DNA of 64,000 bases from Armatimonadota bacterium (GTDB lineage Bacteria; Sysuimicrobiota; Sysuimicrobiia; Sysuimicrobiales; Sysuimicrobiaceae): the NCBI GenBank assembly GCA_025060455.1, contig JANXBY010000025.1, positions 4,867-68,866 of the forward strand, written 5' to 3'. Position 1 is the first letter of the stretch. Each line of letters begins with the position of its first letter. The translations under genes were made by a program, and so were the position numbers. This document shows, in pieces, positions 26,253 through 40,478 of the stretch. Under the pieces are notes generated by a model, which was not told the origin of the DNA, ran no database searches, and saw only the letters and a program-made list of their open reading frames with translations.

Positions 26253-26714
26253 CTACACCCCCATGACCTGGGCCACGATGCGCCGCGTCTGGGGGCCATC
26301 GAGCTCCGCGAAGATCACGCTCTGGAAGCGGCCGAGCAGCAGCTTGCCCTCGTGGATGGGGATGGTGACGCTGTTGCCCAGCAGCAACGACCGCAGGTGC
26401 GAGGCGGCGTTGCTGCGGTCGCAGTCCGAATACGCCGGGTCGTTGTGGAAGTACTTCTCCGTCTCCGCCACCAGCCGCTGCAGCAGCTCGCGGACGTCCT
26501 GGAGGAGGGCGTCCTGGAACTCGTTCAGGAACAGGGCGGTGGTGGTGTGAAGGGACTGGAGGTGGACGATCCCGTGGGTGACCTCCGCCAGGGCGGGGAG
26601 GTTACGGACCAGATCGGTGATGTTTCGGACTTCGAATCGCTCCGTGCTGTGGACCTGAAAGGTTTCCGTGAAGACCTTGAACAGCCCAGAAGCCGCCTCG
26701 GCCGCCCGCTTCAC
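26253..26714 (-). CDS. yjbQ: YjbQ/UPF0047 family protein
   Basis: HTTTALFLNE, NAASHLRSLLLG, LGRFQSVIFAELDGP. Confidence 0.9.
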   Translation of the reverse strand: MKRAAEAASGLFKVFTETFQVHSTERFEVRNITDLVRNLPALAEVTHGIVHLQSLHTTTALFLNEFQDALLQDVRELLQRLVAETEKYFHNDPAYSDCDRSNAASHLRSLLLGNSVTIPIHEGKLLLGRFQSVIFAELDGPQTRRIVAQVMGV

Positions 26715-26801
26715 GCCTGCCTACCTCCCTCTGTCGCACCCCGCGCGGCCTCCGCGGCCCGCCAGGGTTTCGGTCCGTGGATTCCGTACGAGATCAGCGG
26801 G

Positions 26802-26810
26802 ATTGTAGCA
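26802..26810 (-). promoter_or_regulatory. Extended -10 promoter (TGcTACAAT) for yjbQ
   Basis: Reverse complement of ATTGTAGCA, identical to the 9-mer at 24805. Confidence 0.58.
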
Positions 26811-26850
26811 CAGCCGCCGCGGGGGGCCAAGCGCGCACGCGACCGTGCGT

Positions 26851-26879
26851 TTGACAGCCCGCGGGGCGGCGCCTAGAAT
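26851..26879 (+). promoter_or_regulatory. Near-consensus sigma70 promoter for iscA-nfu
   Basis: TTGACA-17bp-TAGAAT. Confidence 0.8.
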
Positions 26880-26925
26880 CGACTCAGGGTTCCGCGGCGG
26901 TCCCGCCGCGGGGCAGGGAGGCGGC

Positions 26926-27294
26926 ATGATCACCCTGACGGAAGTGGCGGCCCAGAAGATCCGGGAGCTGATGGCCGAGCAGCCGGGGGAGGTGTACCTG
27001 CGGCTGTTCGTCACCAAGGGCGGGTGCGAGGGGTTCACCTACGGGATGGGGTTTGACGACCAGGTACAGCCGGACGACCGGGTTACCGAGCAGCACGGGA
27101 TCCGGCTGGTGGTGGATCCCCTCACCTGGCGGGTGATGGACGGCGCGCGCATCGACTACCGACAAACACCTTTCGGCGAGGGGTTCGCGGTGCACAACCC
27201 GAGGGCGGTGGCCACCTGTGGCTGCGGCCACTCCTTCAAGACCACGGACGACCCCGGGGAGGCGCAGCCGTGCGGGGAGGGCCAGCCGGCATAG
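26926..27294 (+). CDS. iscA: A-type Fe-S carrier (HesB/IscA/ErpA family)
   Basis: MITLTEVAAQKI, GGCEGFTY, TCGCGHSF (3 Cys). Confidence 0.92.
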   Translation: MITLTEVAAQKIRELMAEQPGEVYLRLFVTKGGCEGFTYGMGFDDQVQPDDRVTEQHGIRLVVDPLTWRVMDGARIDYRQTPFGEGFAVHNPRAVATCGCGHSFKTTDDPGEAQPCGEGQPA

Positions 27295-27304
27295 GGAGGA
27301 AGGC

Positions 27305-27559
27305 ATGAGCGACGCGGTCTCCCAGGAGCTGGACGTACGGGCACGCGTGGAGCGTGTGCTGCAGGCGATCCGTCCGTACATCCAGGCGGACGGTGGTGAC
27401 ATCGAGCTCGTGGACGTGAGCGACGGGGTGGTGCAGATCCGCCTGGCGGGGGCGTGCGTGGGGTGCATGTACTCCATGATGACGCTACAGGCCGGGGTGG
27501 AGCGGATGATCCGCGAGGAGGTCCCGGAGATCCAGGCGGTGGAGGCCGTGCCCTTCTAG
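27305..27559 (+). CDS. NifU/Nfu-domain Fe-S carrier
   Basis: IRPYIQADGGDIEL, GACVGC, TLQAGVE. Confidence 0.92.
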   Translation: MSDAVSQELDVRARVERVLQAIRPYIQADGGDIELVDVSDGVVQIRLAGACVGCMYSMMTLQAGVERMIREEVPEIQAVEAVPF

Positions 27560-27586
27560 CCGCGCTTCCGCGACGGCCATCGCGGG

Positions 27587-27617
27587 GCCCCTCACGGAGG
27601 TGGGGGGCTTCTTGTTT
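27587..27617 (+). terminator. Intrinsic terminator after nfu
   Basis: GCCCCTCAC-GGAG-GTGGGGGGC stem (one G-U pair) followed by TTCTTGTTT. Confidence 0.7.
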
Positions 27618-27629
27618 GGAGGTGCGGCC

Positions 27630-29084
27630 GTGACGCAGTGGACTCGGGTGTTGCGGAAGGTGGACGAGTACCGCTGGGAGATCCCGCAGGACTACAAGCC
27701 GGGGATGCGGGTGCCCGGGCTGGTGTACGCGGACGAGGCCATGCTGCGGCAGATCGGCCAGGACCAGGCCCTGGAGCAGGTGGCCAACGTGGCCACCCTG
27801 CCCGGGATCGTGCGGTACTCCCTCGCCATGCCGGACATCCACTGGGGCTACGGGTTCCCCGTCGGCGGGGTGGCGGCCCTGCGCGCGGACGACGGCGTCA
27901 TCTCCCCGGGCGGCGTGGGGTACGACATCAACTGCGGCGTTCGCCTGCTGCGCACCGAGCTCACCGAGGACGACGTCCGGGCCAAGCTGCGGGAGCTGGT
28001 GGAGGAGCTGTTCCGCAACGTGCCCTCGGGCGTGGGCAGCACGGGGAAGGTACGGGTGTCGCTACGGGAGGTGGACGATGTCCTGCGGGGCGGCGCCCGG
28101 TGGGCGGTGGGGCGCGGGTTCGGGACGGCGGCGGATCTGGAGACCATCGAGGCGGGCGGGCAGCTCCCGGACGCGGACCCGGACGCGGTGAGCCCGCGGG
28201 CCAAGGAGCGGGGCAAGGACCAGATCGGCACCCTGGGCTCGGGTAACCACTTCCTGGAGGTCCAGGTGGTGGAGGAGGTGTACGACCGCCGCGCCGCGGA
28301 GGTCATGGGCCTGTTGCCCGGGCAGGTGGTGGTGTTCATCCACACGGGCTCCCGGGGCCTGGGCTACCAGGTGTGCGAGGACTACCTTCGGGTGGCGGAC
28401 CGGGCCCTGAAGAAGTACGGCATCAGCCTGCCGGACCGGCAGCTGGCGTGCGCGCCGTTTTCCTCGCCCGAGGGCCAGGAGTACTTCCGGGCCATGTGCT
28501 GCGCGGCTAACTTCGCGTGGGCCAACCGCCAGATGATCACCCACTGGGTCCGCGAGTCCTTCACCAAGGTCCTGGGCCGCCCCCTGCGGGAGGTGGGGCT
28601 GCAGGTGGTGTACGACGTGGCCCACAACATCGCGAAGCTGGAGACGTATCCCGTAAATGGGCGGCCGGTGCGTGTGGTGGTGCACCGGAAGGGCGCCACC
28701 CGTGCTTTCCCCCCGGGCCACCCCGAGATCCCTGCCCGGTACCGCGACATCGGCCAGCCAGTACTCATCCCCGGGGACATGGGCCGGTACTCCTTCGTGG
28801 CGGTGGGGACCCACCGGGCCATGGAGGAGACCTTCGGGAGCACCTGCCACGGCGCGGGCCGCGTGCGCAGCCGCAAGGCGGCGGTGCGGGAGCTGCGGGG
28901 CGTGGACATCGCCGCGGAGCTGGAAAAGCGGGGCATCCTGGTGCGGGCGCAGAACCGCAGCCTGCTGGCGGAGGAGGCGTCGGAGGCCTACAAGGACGTG
29001 GCGGACGTGGTGGAGGTTTGCCACGGGGCGGGGATCTCCCGGAAGGTGGCCAAGATGCGGCCCATCGCGGTGGTGAAGGGGTAG
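27630..29084 (+). CDS. rtcB: RNA ligase RtcB (long, archaeal/eukaryal-like type)
   Basis: [50 protein letters not shown]. Confidence 0.96.
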   Translation: MTQWTRVLRKVDEYRWEIPQDYKPGMRVPGLVYADEAMLRQIGQDQALEQVANVATLPGIVRYSLAMPDIHWGYGFPVGGVAALRADDGVISPGGVGYDINCGVRLLRTELTEDDVRAKLRELVEELFRNVPSGVGSTGKVRVSLREVDDVLRGGARWAVGRGFGTAADLETIEAGGQLPDADPDAVSPRAKERGKDQIGTLGSGNHFLEVQVVEEVYDRRAAEVMGLLPGQVVVFIHTGSRGLGYQVCEDYLRVADRALKKYGISLPDRQLACAPFSSPEGQEYFRAMCCAANFAWANRQMITHWVRESFTKVLGRPLREVGLQVVYDVAHNIAKLETYPVNGRPVRVVVHRKGATRAFPPGHPEIPARYRDIGQPVLIPGDMGRYSFVAVGTHRAMEETFGSTCHGAGRVRSRKAAVRELRGVDIAAELEKRGILVRAQNRSLLAEEASEAYKDVADVVEVCHGAGISRKVAKMRPIAVVKG

Positions 29085-29088
29085 GGGC

Positions 29089-30231
29089 GTGCGGTTCGAG
29101 CTGACCGAAAGCCAGCGGCTGGTCTACCGGGCTGTCGAGGAGTTCGCCGCCCGGCAGGTACGGCCGCGGGCGGCCGACTGGGACCGCGAGGGCCGCTTTC
29201 CCCACGAGGTGATCCCCCAGCTGGCGGAGCTGGGGCTGCTGGGACTTCAGGTGCCGGAGGAGTACGGGGGCAGCGGGCTGGACGCGGTGTCCGCCGCCGT
29301 GGCGGTGGAGCGCATCGCGTGGGCGGACGGGTCCCTGGCCCTCACCGTGGCCTCCCACAACTCCCTGTGCACCGCCCACATCCTGCTGTTCGGTCGGGAG
29401 GAGCAGAAGCGGCGCTACCTGCCGCGCCTGGCCCGGGGGGAGGCTCTGGGCGCGTGGTGCCTGACCGAGCCTCACGCGGGCAGTGATGCGGCGGCCCTAC
29501 AAACCCGCGCGGACCGGCGGGGCGACCGGTACGTGCTGAACGGCACCAAGGCGTTCGTCACCCAGGGGTCGGTGGCAGGGGTGTACGTGGTGCTGGCCCG
29601 CACGGGCGGTGAAGGGCCCGGTGGCATCACCGCCTTCGTGGTGGAGCGGGGCGCCCCCGGGCTGCGGGTTGGGAAAAAGGAGGAGAAGCTCGGCCTGCGG
29701 GCCTCCGACACCGCGGAGGTGGTCTTCGAGGACGTGGAAGTGCCCGAGGAGAACCGCCTGGGCGCGGAGGGAGAAGGGTATGCCCAGGCCATGCGGGTGC
29801 TGGAGGGCGGCCGCATCGGGATCGGGGCCATGGCGGTGGGGATCGGACGGGCGGCCCTGGAGGCCGCGGTGGAGTACGCGAAGACGCGGCGGGCCTTCGG
29901 CCAGCCCATCGCCCAGTTCCAGGCCATCCAGTGGATGCTGGCGGACTCCGCGGTGGAGCTGGACGCAGCGTGGCTGCTGGTGCTGCGGGCTGCGTGGCTG
30001 GTGGATCAAGGTTTGCCCTTCCGTAAGGAGGCCAGCATGGCCAAGCTCTATGCCTCCGAGGCGGCCCACCGTGCCACAGACCGCGCCCTGCAGGTGCACG
30101 GGGGGTACGGCTACATCCGCGAGTACGCCGTGGAGCGCTATTATCGGGACGTGCGCCTCTGCGAGATCGGAGAGGGCACCAGCGAGATCCAGCGGCTCAT
30201 CGTGGCTAAGGCGATCCTCCGGGCCACGTGA
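29089..30231 (+). CDS. Acyl-CoA dehydrogenase
   Basis: [52 protein letters not shown]. Confidence 0.94.
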   Translation: MRFELTESQRLVYRAVEEFAARQVRPRAADWDREGRFPHEVIPQLAELGLLGLQVPEEYGGSGLDAVSAAVAVERIAWADGSLALTVASHNSLCTAHILLFGREEQKRRYLPRLARGEALGAWCLTEPHAGSDAAALQTRADRRGDRYVLNGTKAFVTQGSVAGVYVVLARTGGEGPGGITAFVVERGAPGLRVGKKEEKLGLRASDTAEVVFEDVEVPEENRLGAEGEGYAQAMRVLEGGRIGIGAMAVGIGRAALEAAVEYAKTRRAFGQPIAQFQAIQWMLADSAVELDAAWLLVLRAAWLVDQGLPFRKEASMAKLYASEAAHRATDRALQVHGGYGYIREYAVERYYRDVRLCEIGEGTSEIQRLIVAKAILRAT

Positions 30232-30250
30232 CCGCAGAAGGAGGGAGGCG

Positions 30251-31231
30251 TTGCGCACCACCCACGTGGGGAGCTACCCCAAGATCCCTGACCTACCAGC
30301 TCCCGGCCGGTGGCGGACCGCGGCGGAGAAGCTGCAGCGGGGCGAGATCACCCGGGAGGAGTTCCGCCGGGTGGAGGACGAGGTCACCCGGGAGGCCATC
30401 GCGGACCAGGTGGGGGCCGGGCTGGACATGGTCACGGACGGCCAGATCCGGTGGGAGGACCCGCAGACCTACTTCGCCCGCCGCATGGACGGGTTCTCCA
30501 TCGACGGGCTGCAGCGCTGGTTCGACACCAACGTGTACTACCGCCAGCCGGTGGCGCAGGGCCGCGTGGCCTGGCGCGAGCCCGTCACCGTGGAGGACTA
30601 CCGGTTCGCCCGCAGCCACAGCCCCCGACCCGTCCGGCCGGTGGTAACAGGCCCCTATACCCTGGCCCGCTTGAGTCAGAACCGCTACTACCCCCGTTTT
30701 TCGGACTTCGTGCTGGACGTGGCCCAGGCCCTGAACCGAGAGCTGCGAGCCCTGGACGCGGAGTCCCCTCCTCTGATCCAGGTGGACGAGCCCGCCATCC
30801 TGCAGCACAAGGAGGACCTGGCGCTGTTCCGGGAGGCCGCGGCCGCCCTGCTGGAGGGGGTACGCGCGCCGGTGGCCCTGTACACCTACTTCGGCGACGC
30901 CCGCGGAGTGGTGCGGGTGTTTTACGAGCTGCCCGTGGAGGTGGTGGGGCTGGACTTCGTGGCGGGTGTGCGCAACTGGGAAGTTTTGGAGTCCGAGGGC
31001 TTCCCGCAGGACCGGCGGCTGGGCTTCGGCGTGGTGGACGCGCGGAACACCCGGCTGGAGACGGTGGACGAGGTCCTGCGGGCCCTGGACCGGGTCTCCC
31101 GGTTCGTCCCCCTGGACCGCGTCGACCTGGGGCCCACCGCGGGGCTCGAGTTCCTGCCCCGCCGTGCGGCCAAGGCCAAGTTGGTCCGGATTGCGGAGGT
31201 CAAGCGTGCGGCGTTGGAGGTGACCCGTTGA
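30251..31231 (+). CDS. metE: Split cobalamin-independent methionine synthase, N-terminal (folate-binding-like) half
   Basis: HVGSYPK, TDGQIRW, RWFDTNVYYRQP (cf. MetE N-barrel KWF(D/N)TNYHY); no HxC Zn ligands; TTG start after GGAGG. Confidence 0.82.
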   Translation: MRTTHVGSYPKIPDLPAPGRWRTAAEKLQRGEITREEFRRVEDEVTREAIADQVGAGLDMVTDGQIRWEDPQTYFARRMDGFSIDGLQRWFDTNVYYRQPVAQGRVAWREPVTVEDYRFARSHSPRPVRPVVTGPYTLARLSQNRYYPRFSDFVLDVAQALNRELRALDAESPPLIQVDEPAILQHKEDLALFREAAAALLEGVRAPVALYTYFGDARGVVRVFYELPVEVVGLDFVAGVRNWEVLESEGFPQDRRLGFGVVDARNTRLETVDEVLRALDRVSRFVPLDRVDLGPTAGLEFLPRRAAKAKLVRIAEVKRAALEVTR

Positions 31232-32211
31232 ACGGCCTTCCCCTGTTCCCCACCACCACCGTGGGCTCCTTCCCCAAACCTCCCTACCTCCTGGAGGCCC
31301 GCCGCAAGCGGCTGCGGGGCCAGATCGAGCCCGAGCAGCTGCGCCAGCTGGAGGAGCAGGCGACCCGGGAGTGGATCCAGCGCCAGGAGGAGCTGGGGCT
31401 GGATGTGTTCGTGGACGGGGAGATGTACCGCGGCGACATGGTGGCGTACTTCGCGGACGAGATGGAGGGGTTCGCCATCGCGGGCCTGGTGCGGTCCTAC
31501 GGGAACCGGTACTACCCCAAGCCCGTGGTGGTAGGCCCCGTGGGGCGCCGGCGGCCGATTACCGTGGAGTGGTTCCGGTTCGCCCAGTCACTCACCGGCA
31601 AGCCCGTGAAGGGCATGTTGACAGGCCCGTACACCATCGCGGAGTGGTCGTTCAACGAGTACTATCCGACCCGGCGGGAGCTGGTGCTAGAGCTGGCACG
31701 GGCCATCCACGAGGAAGCCGTGGACCTGGAGCGCGCGGGCGCGCGGTTCATCCAGATCGACGAGCCCGCCATCCACACCCGGCCGGACGAGGACTTCGAC
31801 CTGGCCCGGGAGGCCATGGAGATCGTCACCGACGGCCTCAGCGCCTACACCATCACCCACGTGTGCTACGGCGACGTGCCCCGCATCTACCCGAGGATGC
31901 TGGATCTGCCCGTGCACCAGATCGACCTGGCCCTGAAGAACGAAGACTTCGCCCTCCTCGAGGTGTTCCGCCAGCACCGGTTCACCAAGGACATCGGCCT
32001 GGGGGTCATCGACGCCCACTCACACCGGGTGGAGACGGCGGAGGAGGTCCTGGACGGCATCCGCCGCTCCTTGGAGGTGTTCGAGCCGCGACAGGTGTAC
32101 GTCTCGCCGGACTGCGGCCTGAAGACCCGCACCATCGACGAGACGGTGGGCAAGCTGGCCGCCATGGTGGAGGGTGCGCGGCGGGCCCGGGAGGAGTTGG
32201 GAGCGGGCTGA
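31228..32211 (+). CDS. metE: Split cobalamin-independent methionine synthase, C-terminal catalytic half
   Basis: TTTVGSFPK, DGEMYRGDMV, QIDEPA, Zn ligands HVCYG and PDCGLKT; TTGA overlap. Confidence 0.9.
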   Translation: MNGLPLFPTTTVGSFPKPPYLLEARRKRLRGQIEPEQLRQLEEQATREWIQRQEELGLDVFVDGEMYRGDMVAYFADEMEGFAIAGLVRSYGNRYYPKPVVVGPVGRRRPITVEWFRFAQSLTGKPVKGMLTGPYTIAEWSFNEYYPTRRELVLELARAIHEEAVDLERAGARFIQIDEPAIHTRPDEDFDLAREAMEIVTDGLSAYTITHVCYGDVPRIYPRMLDLPVHQIDLALKNEDFALLEVFRQHRFTKDIGLGVIDAHSHRVETAEEVLDGIRRSLEVFEPRQVYVSPDCGLKTRTIDETVGKLAAMVEGARRAREELGAG

Positions 32212-32214
32212 GGG

Positions 32215-32955
32215 ATGGAAGGCCCCCGGCGCAGGCGGCGGCGCAGGCCGCGCCCTGGGGCCGCGGCCCCTGAGCCGGCTGCCGCGGTGGTGGACACGCC
32301 ACGGGGTGTGCAGGCCACGGCCCAGCGGCTGTTGCGGGTGGCCTTGGCGGCCGCGTACGGCATGGCCAGCCGCCTGGAGCACCTACCCCGGTGGTCGGAC
32401 CTGTGGATGCGCGCCGATACTATGGAAAAGCGGCCGGGGCGTTGGGTGCTGCGCCTAAGGGGGTTCGTGGCCGGGTTGCCCGTAGAGTCCGTGGTGCGGG
32501 CGGAGCTGGAGCCGGGTCGCACGGTGCGGTGGCGGCAGGCGCACGGCACCTTCCTCCACTACGCCGCCCAATTCGAGGTGGAGCCGGCGGAGGACGGCAC
32601 ACGGGTCCGGTACACGGTGGAGCTGGACCCGGGCATCAACCTGCTGGACCTGCCCTCCGCGCAGCGGGTGGCTGTGCAGGAGGCGGAGCGGACCCTGGAC
32701 CGCATGAAGTGGAGCGCGGAGCGGGAGCTGGTGGCGGAGGAGGTGCGGCTGATGAAGTCCCGCCCCGCCGGGCAGGAGGTGAAGGAGGTGCACGCCGAGG
32801 CCCAGCTGCAACCGTCCCAGGAAAGTGAGCTGGAAGCGGCACCTCCTCCCGCCGACGAGCTCGCAGAGAGAGCTCCCGGCCGCGGAAGCCGTCGCCGGCG
32901 CCGCAGGAAGCGCCGGAGGGCATCCGCCACCCAGGCGGCTGCCGGCGGCACCTGA
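32215..32955 (+). CDS. SRPBCC/START-fold protein with Arg-rich termini
   Basis: Central LEHLPRW...VRWRQAHG.F..YAAQF.VEP....TRVRY; RRRRRRR at the N-terminus and RRRRRRKRRR near the C-terminus. Confidence 0.72.
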   Translation: MEGPRRRRRRRPRPGAAAPEPAAAVVDTPRGVQATAQRLLRVALAAAYGMASRLEHLPRWSDLWMRADTMEKRPGRWVLRLRGFVAGLPVESVVRAELEPGRTVRWRQAHGTFLHYAAQFEVEPAEDGTRVRYTVELDPGINLLDLPSAQRVAVQEAERTLDRMKWSAERELVAEEVRLMKSRPAGQEVKEVHAEAQLQPSQESELEAAPPPADELAERAPGRGSRRRRRRKRRRASATQAAAGGT

Positions 32956-32964
32956 CCTCACCGC

Positions 32965-34848
32965 GTGGCACAGCCCCACGGCGAGAAAGACTTCCAGCCG
33001 GTTGTGCAGCTGGCCTACTGGGACGTCCAGGGTCGGGTGCGCAGGGCCTCGCCGGAGGCGGTCAAGGCCGTGTGGGAGGCCCTGGACGTGGATCCCTTGG
33101 CACCCCGGCCGGTCGTAGAGCCGGTGGCGGTGGCGTGGGACGGGAGGCTTCGGCTACGCGTGCGGCTGGCCGGGGTGGAGCGGGTGCGGTGTGCGCTGCT
33201 CCTGGAGGACGGGCGCGAGCTGGGCTGGACGGAGGTTGAGGCCGGTCTGCGCAGGCGGCCCGGCTTCGCGGAGTTCGCGGTCCCCGGGCGGGTGCCGCTG
33301 GGCGCCCACCGGGCCCTGGTAGAGGCCGCGGGGCAGCGGTTCGAGACCGTGGTGCTGTCCGCGCCCCGACGGCTGACCCCCGACCCTCCGCCTCGCCTGG
33401 GCCTGTGGGTCCCCACCTACGCCCTGTGGTCCAGGGTGGACGGGAGGTTTGCCGACTTCGAACTCCTGCGGCGTGCGGCGCGATGGGCCTGCGGCCACGG
33501 GGCGGGGGTTCTGGCGACCCTTCCACTTTTCACGGCGCTGCTGGACGAACCTTTCGAGCCCAGTCCGTACCTTCCCGCCAGCCGGCTGTTCTGGAACGAG
33601 CTGTTCGTGCACGTGCCCGGGAGCGACCTGCCCTCCTCGCTGGACCCGCTGGTGGACTACCGGGCCGCCTTCGCCCGAAGGCGGGATGCCCTGGAACGGG
33701 CGTGGCGGGGGCTTCCGGAAGGTATTAGGGAGCGGGTGCGGGCGTGGGCGCGGGCGAGGAAGTGGCTAGGCCGGTACGCGGCCTTTCGGGCGTGGCTGGA
33801 GCGGTACCGCAGGCCGTGGAGGCAGTGGTCAGTGGCCGCGGAGGCCAAGAACGCGGACCCAGGCGTGTGTGAGGTGTACACCTACGCCCAGTGGCTTGCG
33901 CACCTTCAGCTGCAGGAGGTGGCGCAAACAGGGGTGTGGCTGTACCTGGACCTGCCCTTGGGGGTGCACCCGGACGGGTTCGACACCTGGCAGTTCCCCC
34001 AGCTGTTCGTGCCGGGGGTGTCCGTGGGCGCTCCGCCCGACCCGTTCTCACCCGCGGGACAGGACTGGAGCTTCGCCCCGGTGCACCCGCAGCGAGCCCG
34101 GCAGGACGGGCACGCTTACCTGCGGGCGTGTCTGGCCCACCTGTTTCAGGTGGCGAAGATGGTGCGCCTGGACCACGTGATGGCGCTGCACCGGCTGTAC
34201 TGGATCCCCAGAGGTTTTTCGCCTGACCAGGGGGTTTACGTACGCTATCCGGTGGAGGAAATGTACGCCGCGGTGCTTCTGGAGGCTGCCCGTGCCGGGG
34301 CCGTGGTGGTGGGCGAGGACCTGGGGACGGTCCCGCGGGAGGTGCGGCGGGAGCTGGACCGGCGGGGGCTGTGGCGCATGTACGTCCTCGCGTTCGAAGC
34401 GGCGCGGGCGCTCCGACCGCCGGGCCGCAACTCCGTGGCCTCGCTCGGAACCCACGACACCGCCCCGTTCGCGGCCTTCTGGGAAGGCAGCGACCTCGAG
34501 GACCGTGAGCGCGTGGGCCTGTTGACACCGGAACAGGCGCAGGCGGAGCGGGCGCGGCGGCAGCGGGCGGTGGAAGACCTCGCCCACGCCCTCGGGCTTC
34601 ACGACCGTTCCCCGCCGGCGGCGCTGCGGGCGGCGCTGCGCTGGCTGGCGGAAAGCCCCGCGGGCTGCGTCCTGGTGCACCTGGAGGACCTGTGGCTGGA
34701 CCGGGCGGCGCACAACGTGCCCGGCACCACCGACCACCAGCACCCCAACTGGCGCCGGCGGCTGCGCTACCCGGTGGAGGCGTGGGACGCGCCGGAGGTG
34801 CGCCGGCTGCTGCAGGAGCTGGCCGCGGCGCGACGTACGGCCCCATGA
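32965..34848 (+). CDS. malQ: 4-alpha-glucanotransferase (GH77)
   Basis: [49 protein letters not shown]...NWRRR. Confidence 0.93.
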   Translation: MAQPHGEKDFQPVVQLAYWDVQGRVRRASPEAVKAVWEALDVDPLAPRPVVEPVAVAWDGRLRLRVRLAGVERVRCALLLEDGRELGWTEVEAGLRRRPGFAEFAVPGRVPLGAHRALVEAAGQRFETVVLSAPRRLTPDPPPRLGLWVPTYALWSRVDGRFADFELLRRAARWACGHGAGVLATLPLFTALLDEPFEPSPYLPASRLFWNELFVHVPGSDLPSSLDPLVDYRAAFARRRDALERAWRGLPEGIRERVRAWARARKWLGRYAAFRAWLERYRRPWRQWSVAAEAKNADPGVCEVYTYAQWLAHLQLQEVAQTGVWLYLDLPLGVHPDGFDTWQFPQLFVPGVSVGAPPDPFSPAGQDWSFAPVHPQRARQDGHAYLRACLAHLFQVAKMVRLDHVMALHRLYWIPRGFSPDQGVYVRYPVEEMYAAVLLEAARAGAVVVGEDLGTVPREVRRELDRRGLWRMYVLAFEAARALRPPGRNSVASLGTHDTAPFAAFWEGSDLEDRERVGLLTPEQAQAERARRQRAVEDLAHALGLHDRSPPAALRAALRWLAESPAGCVLVHLEDLWLDRAAHNVPGTTDHQHPNWRRRLRYPVEAWDAPEVRRLLQELAAARRTAP

Positions 34849-36712
34849 TCGGCGAGCTGGACGTGTACCTGTTCCGGGAGGGCACCCACACCCGGCTGTA
34901 CGAAAAGCTGGGTTCGCACCCCGGGGAGGCTGGCACCCACTTCGCCGTCTGGGCCCCGAACGCCGCCTCGGTGCGGGTCATGGGCGACTTCAACGGGTGG
35001 GATCCCGAAGCCCACGCCCTGGAGCCTTTGGGGGAGTCGGGCCTGTGGGCGGGGCTCGTGCGTTCCGCCAGACCCGGGCACCGGTACAAGTACCGCATCG
35101 TCCCGAAGGGCGGAGGACCGCCCCTCGATAAGGCGGACCCCTTCGCCTTCTGGTCCGAGCCGCCGCCGGGGAACGCCTCGGTGGTGTGGGACCTCTCGTA
35201 CACCTGGCAGGACGGGGCGTGGATGGCCGGCCGCGCCGAGCGTAACGCGCTGGACGCGCCGGTGAGCGTGTACGAGGTGCACCTGGGGTCGTGGGCGCGG
35301 GGGGAAGGCGGACGGCACCTCACGTACCGGGAGCTGGCCACAAGGCTGGCGGAGTACGTGCGGCAGCAGGGCTTCACGCACGTGGAGCTGCTTCCGGTGA
35401 TGGAGCACCCCTTCTACGGGTCGTGGGGCTACCACGTGACCGGCTATTTCGCTCCCACGTGCCGGTACGGGACCCCACAGGACTTCATGTCCCTGGTGGA
35501 CGCCCTGCACCAAGCCGGGGTGGGGGTGATTCTGGACTGGGTGCCCTCCCACTTCGCCACCGACCCGCACGGCCTGGCCCGCTTCGACGGCTCGGCCCTG
35601 TACGAGCACCCGGACCCGCGCCGCGGGTGGCACCCGGACTGGGGCAGCGCCATCTTCGACTACGGCCGACCGGAAGTCCGCAGCTTCCTGCTCAGCAGCG
35701 CCCACTTCTGGCTGGACCGCTACCACGCGGACGGCCTGCGGGTGGACGCGGTGGCCTCCATGCTGTACCTGGACTACTCGCGCCGGGAAGGGGAGTGGCT
35801 GCCCAACGAGTACGGAGGCAGGGAGAACCTAGACGCCATCCGGTTCCTGCGCCGGTTGAACGAGTCCGTCTACCGCGACTTCCCGGGCGTGCAGACGGTG
35901 GCGGAGGAGTCCACCGCGTGGCCTCTGGTGAGCCGGCCCACCTCGGTGGGCGGGCTGGGGTTCGGGATGAAGTGGGACATGGGCTGGATGCACGACACCC
36001 TGAGGTACCTTGGTCGGGACCCCGTGTACCGCAAGTATCACCACCACGAGCTTACCTTCCGGATGCTGTACGCGTTCTCGGAAAACTTCCTCCTGCCCCT
36101 GTCGCACGACGAGGTGGTGCACGGCAAACGGTCCCTGCTGGAGAAGATGCCCGGCGACGACTGGCAGAAGTTCGCGAACCTACGGCTGCTTTTGGGCTAC
36201 CAGTACGCGCAGCCGGGCAAAAAGCTGCTGTTCATGGGGGCAGAGGTGGCCCAGCGGCGGGAGTGGGACCACGAATCGAGCGTGGACTGGCACCTGCTGG
36301 CCGACCCGCACCACGCGGGCGTGCAGCGGTGGGTGCGGGACTTGAACCGGCTGTACCGCGAGGAGCCGGCGCTGCACCAGCTGGACTGCGACCCCGCCGG
36401 GTTCGAGTGGATCGACCCCAACGACCGCGAGTCCAGCGTGCTGAGCTTCCTGCGCAAGAGCCGCGACGGCCGCCTGGTGGCGGTGGTGTGCAACTTCACC
36501 CCGGTCCCCCGGGAGGGGTATCGAGTCGGCGTGCCGGAACCCGGACGGTGGCAGGAGGTGTTGAACAGCGACGCCCGCGAGTACGGGGGCAGCGGCTGGG
36601 GCAACTACGGAGGGGTTCAGGCGGAGCCTGTCCCCCACCACGGCCGGCCGTGCTCCCTCCGGCTGGCCCTGCCGCCCCTCGGGGTGCTGTTCCTCAGGTG
36701 GGAGGGGAACCG

Positions 36713-36716
<4 letters not shown>
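34845..36716 (+). CDS. glgB: 1,4-alpha-glucan branching enzyme (GH13_9)
   Basis: [52 protein letters not shown]. Confidence 0.96.
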
Positions 36717-40460
<3,744 letters not shown>

Positions 40461-40478
40461 GGGGGCGTCGGTGGTAGC

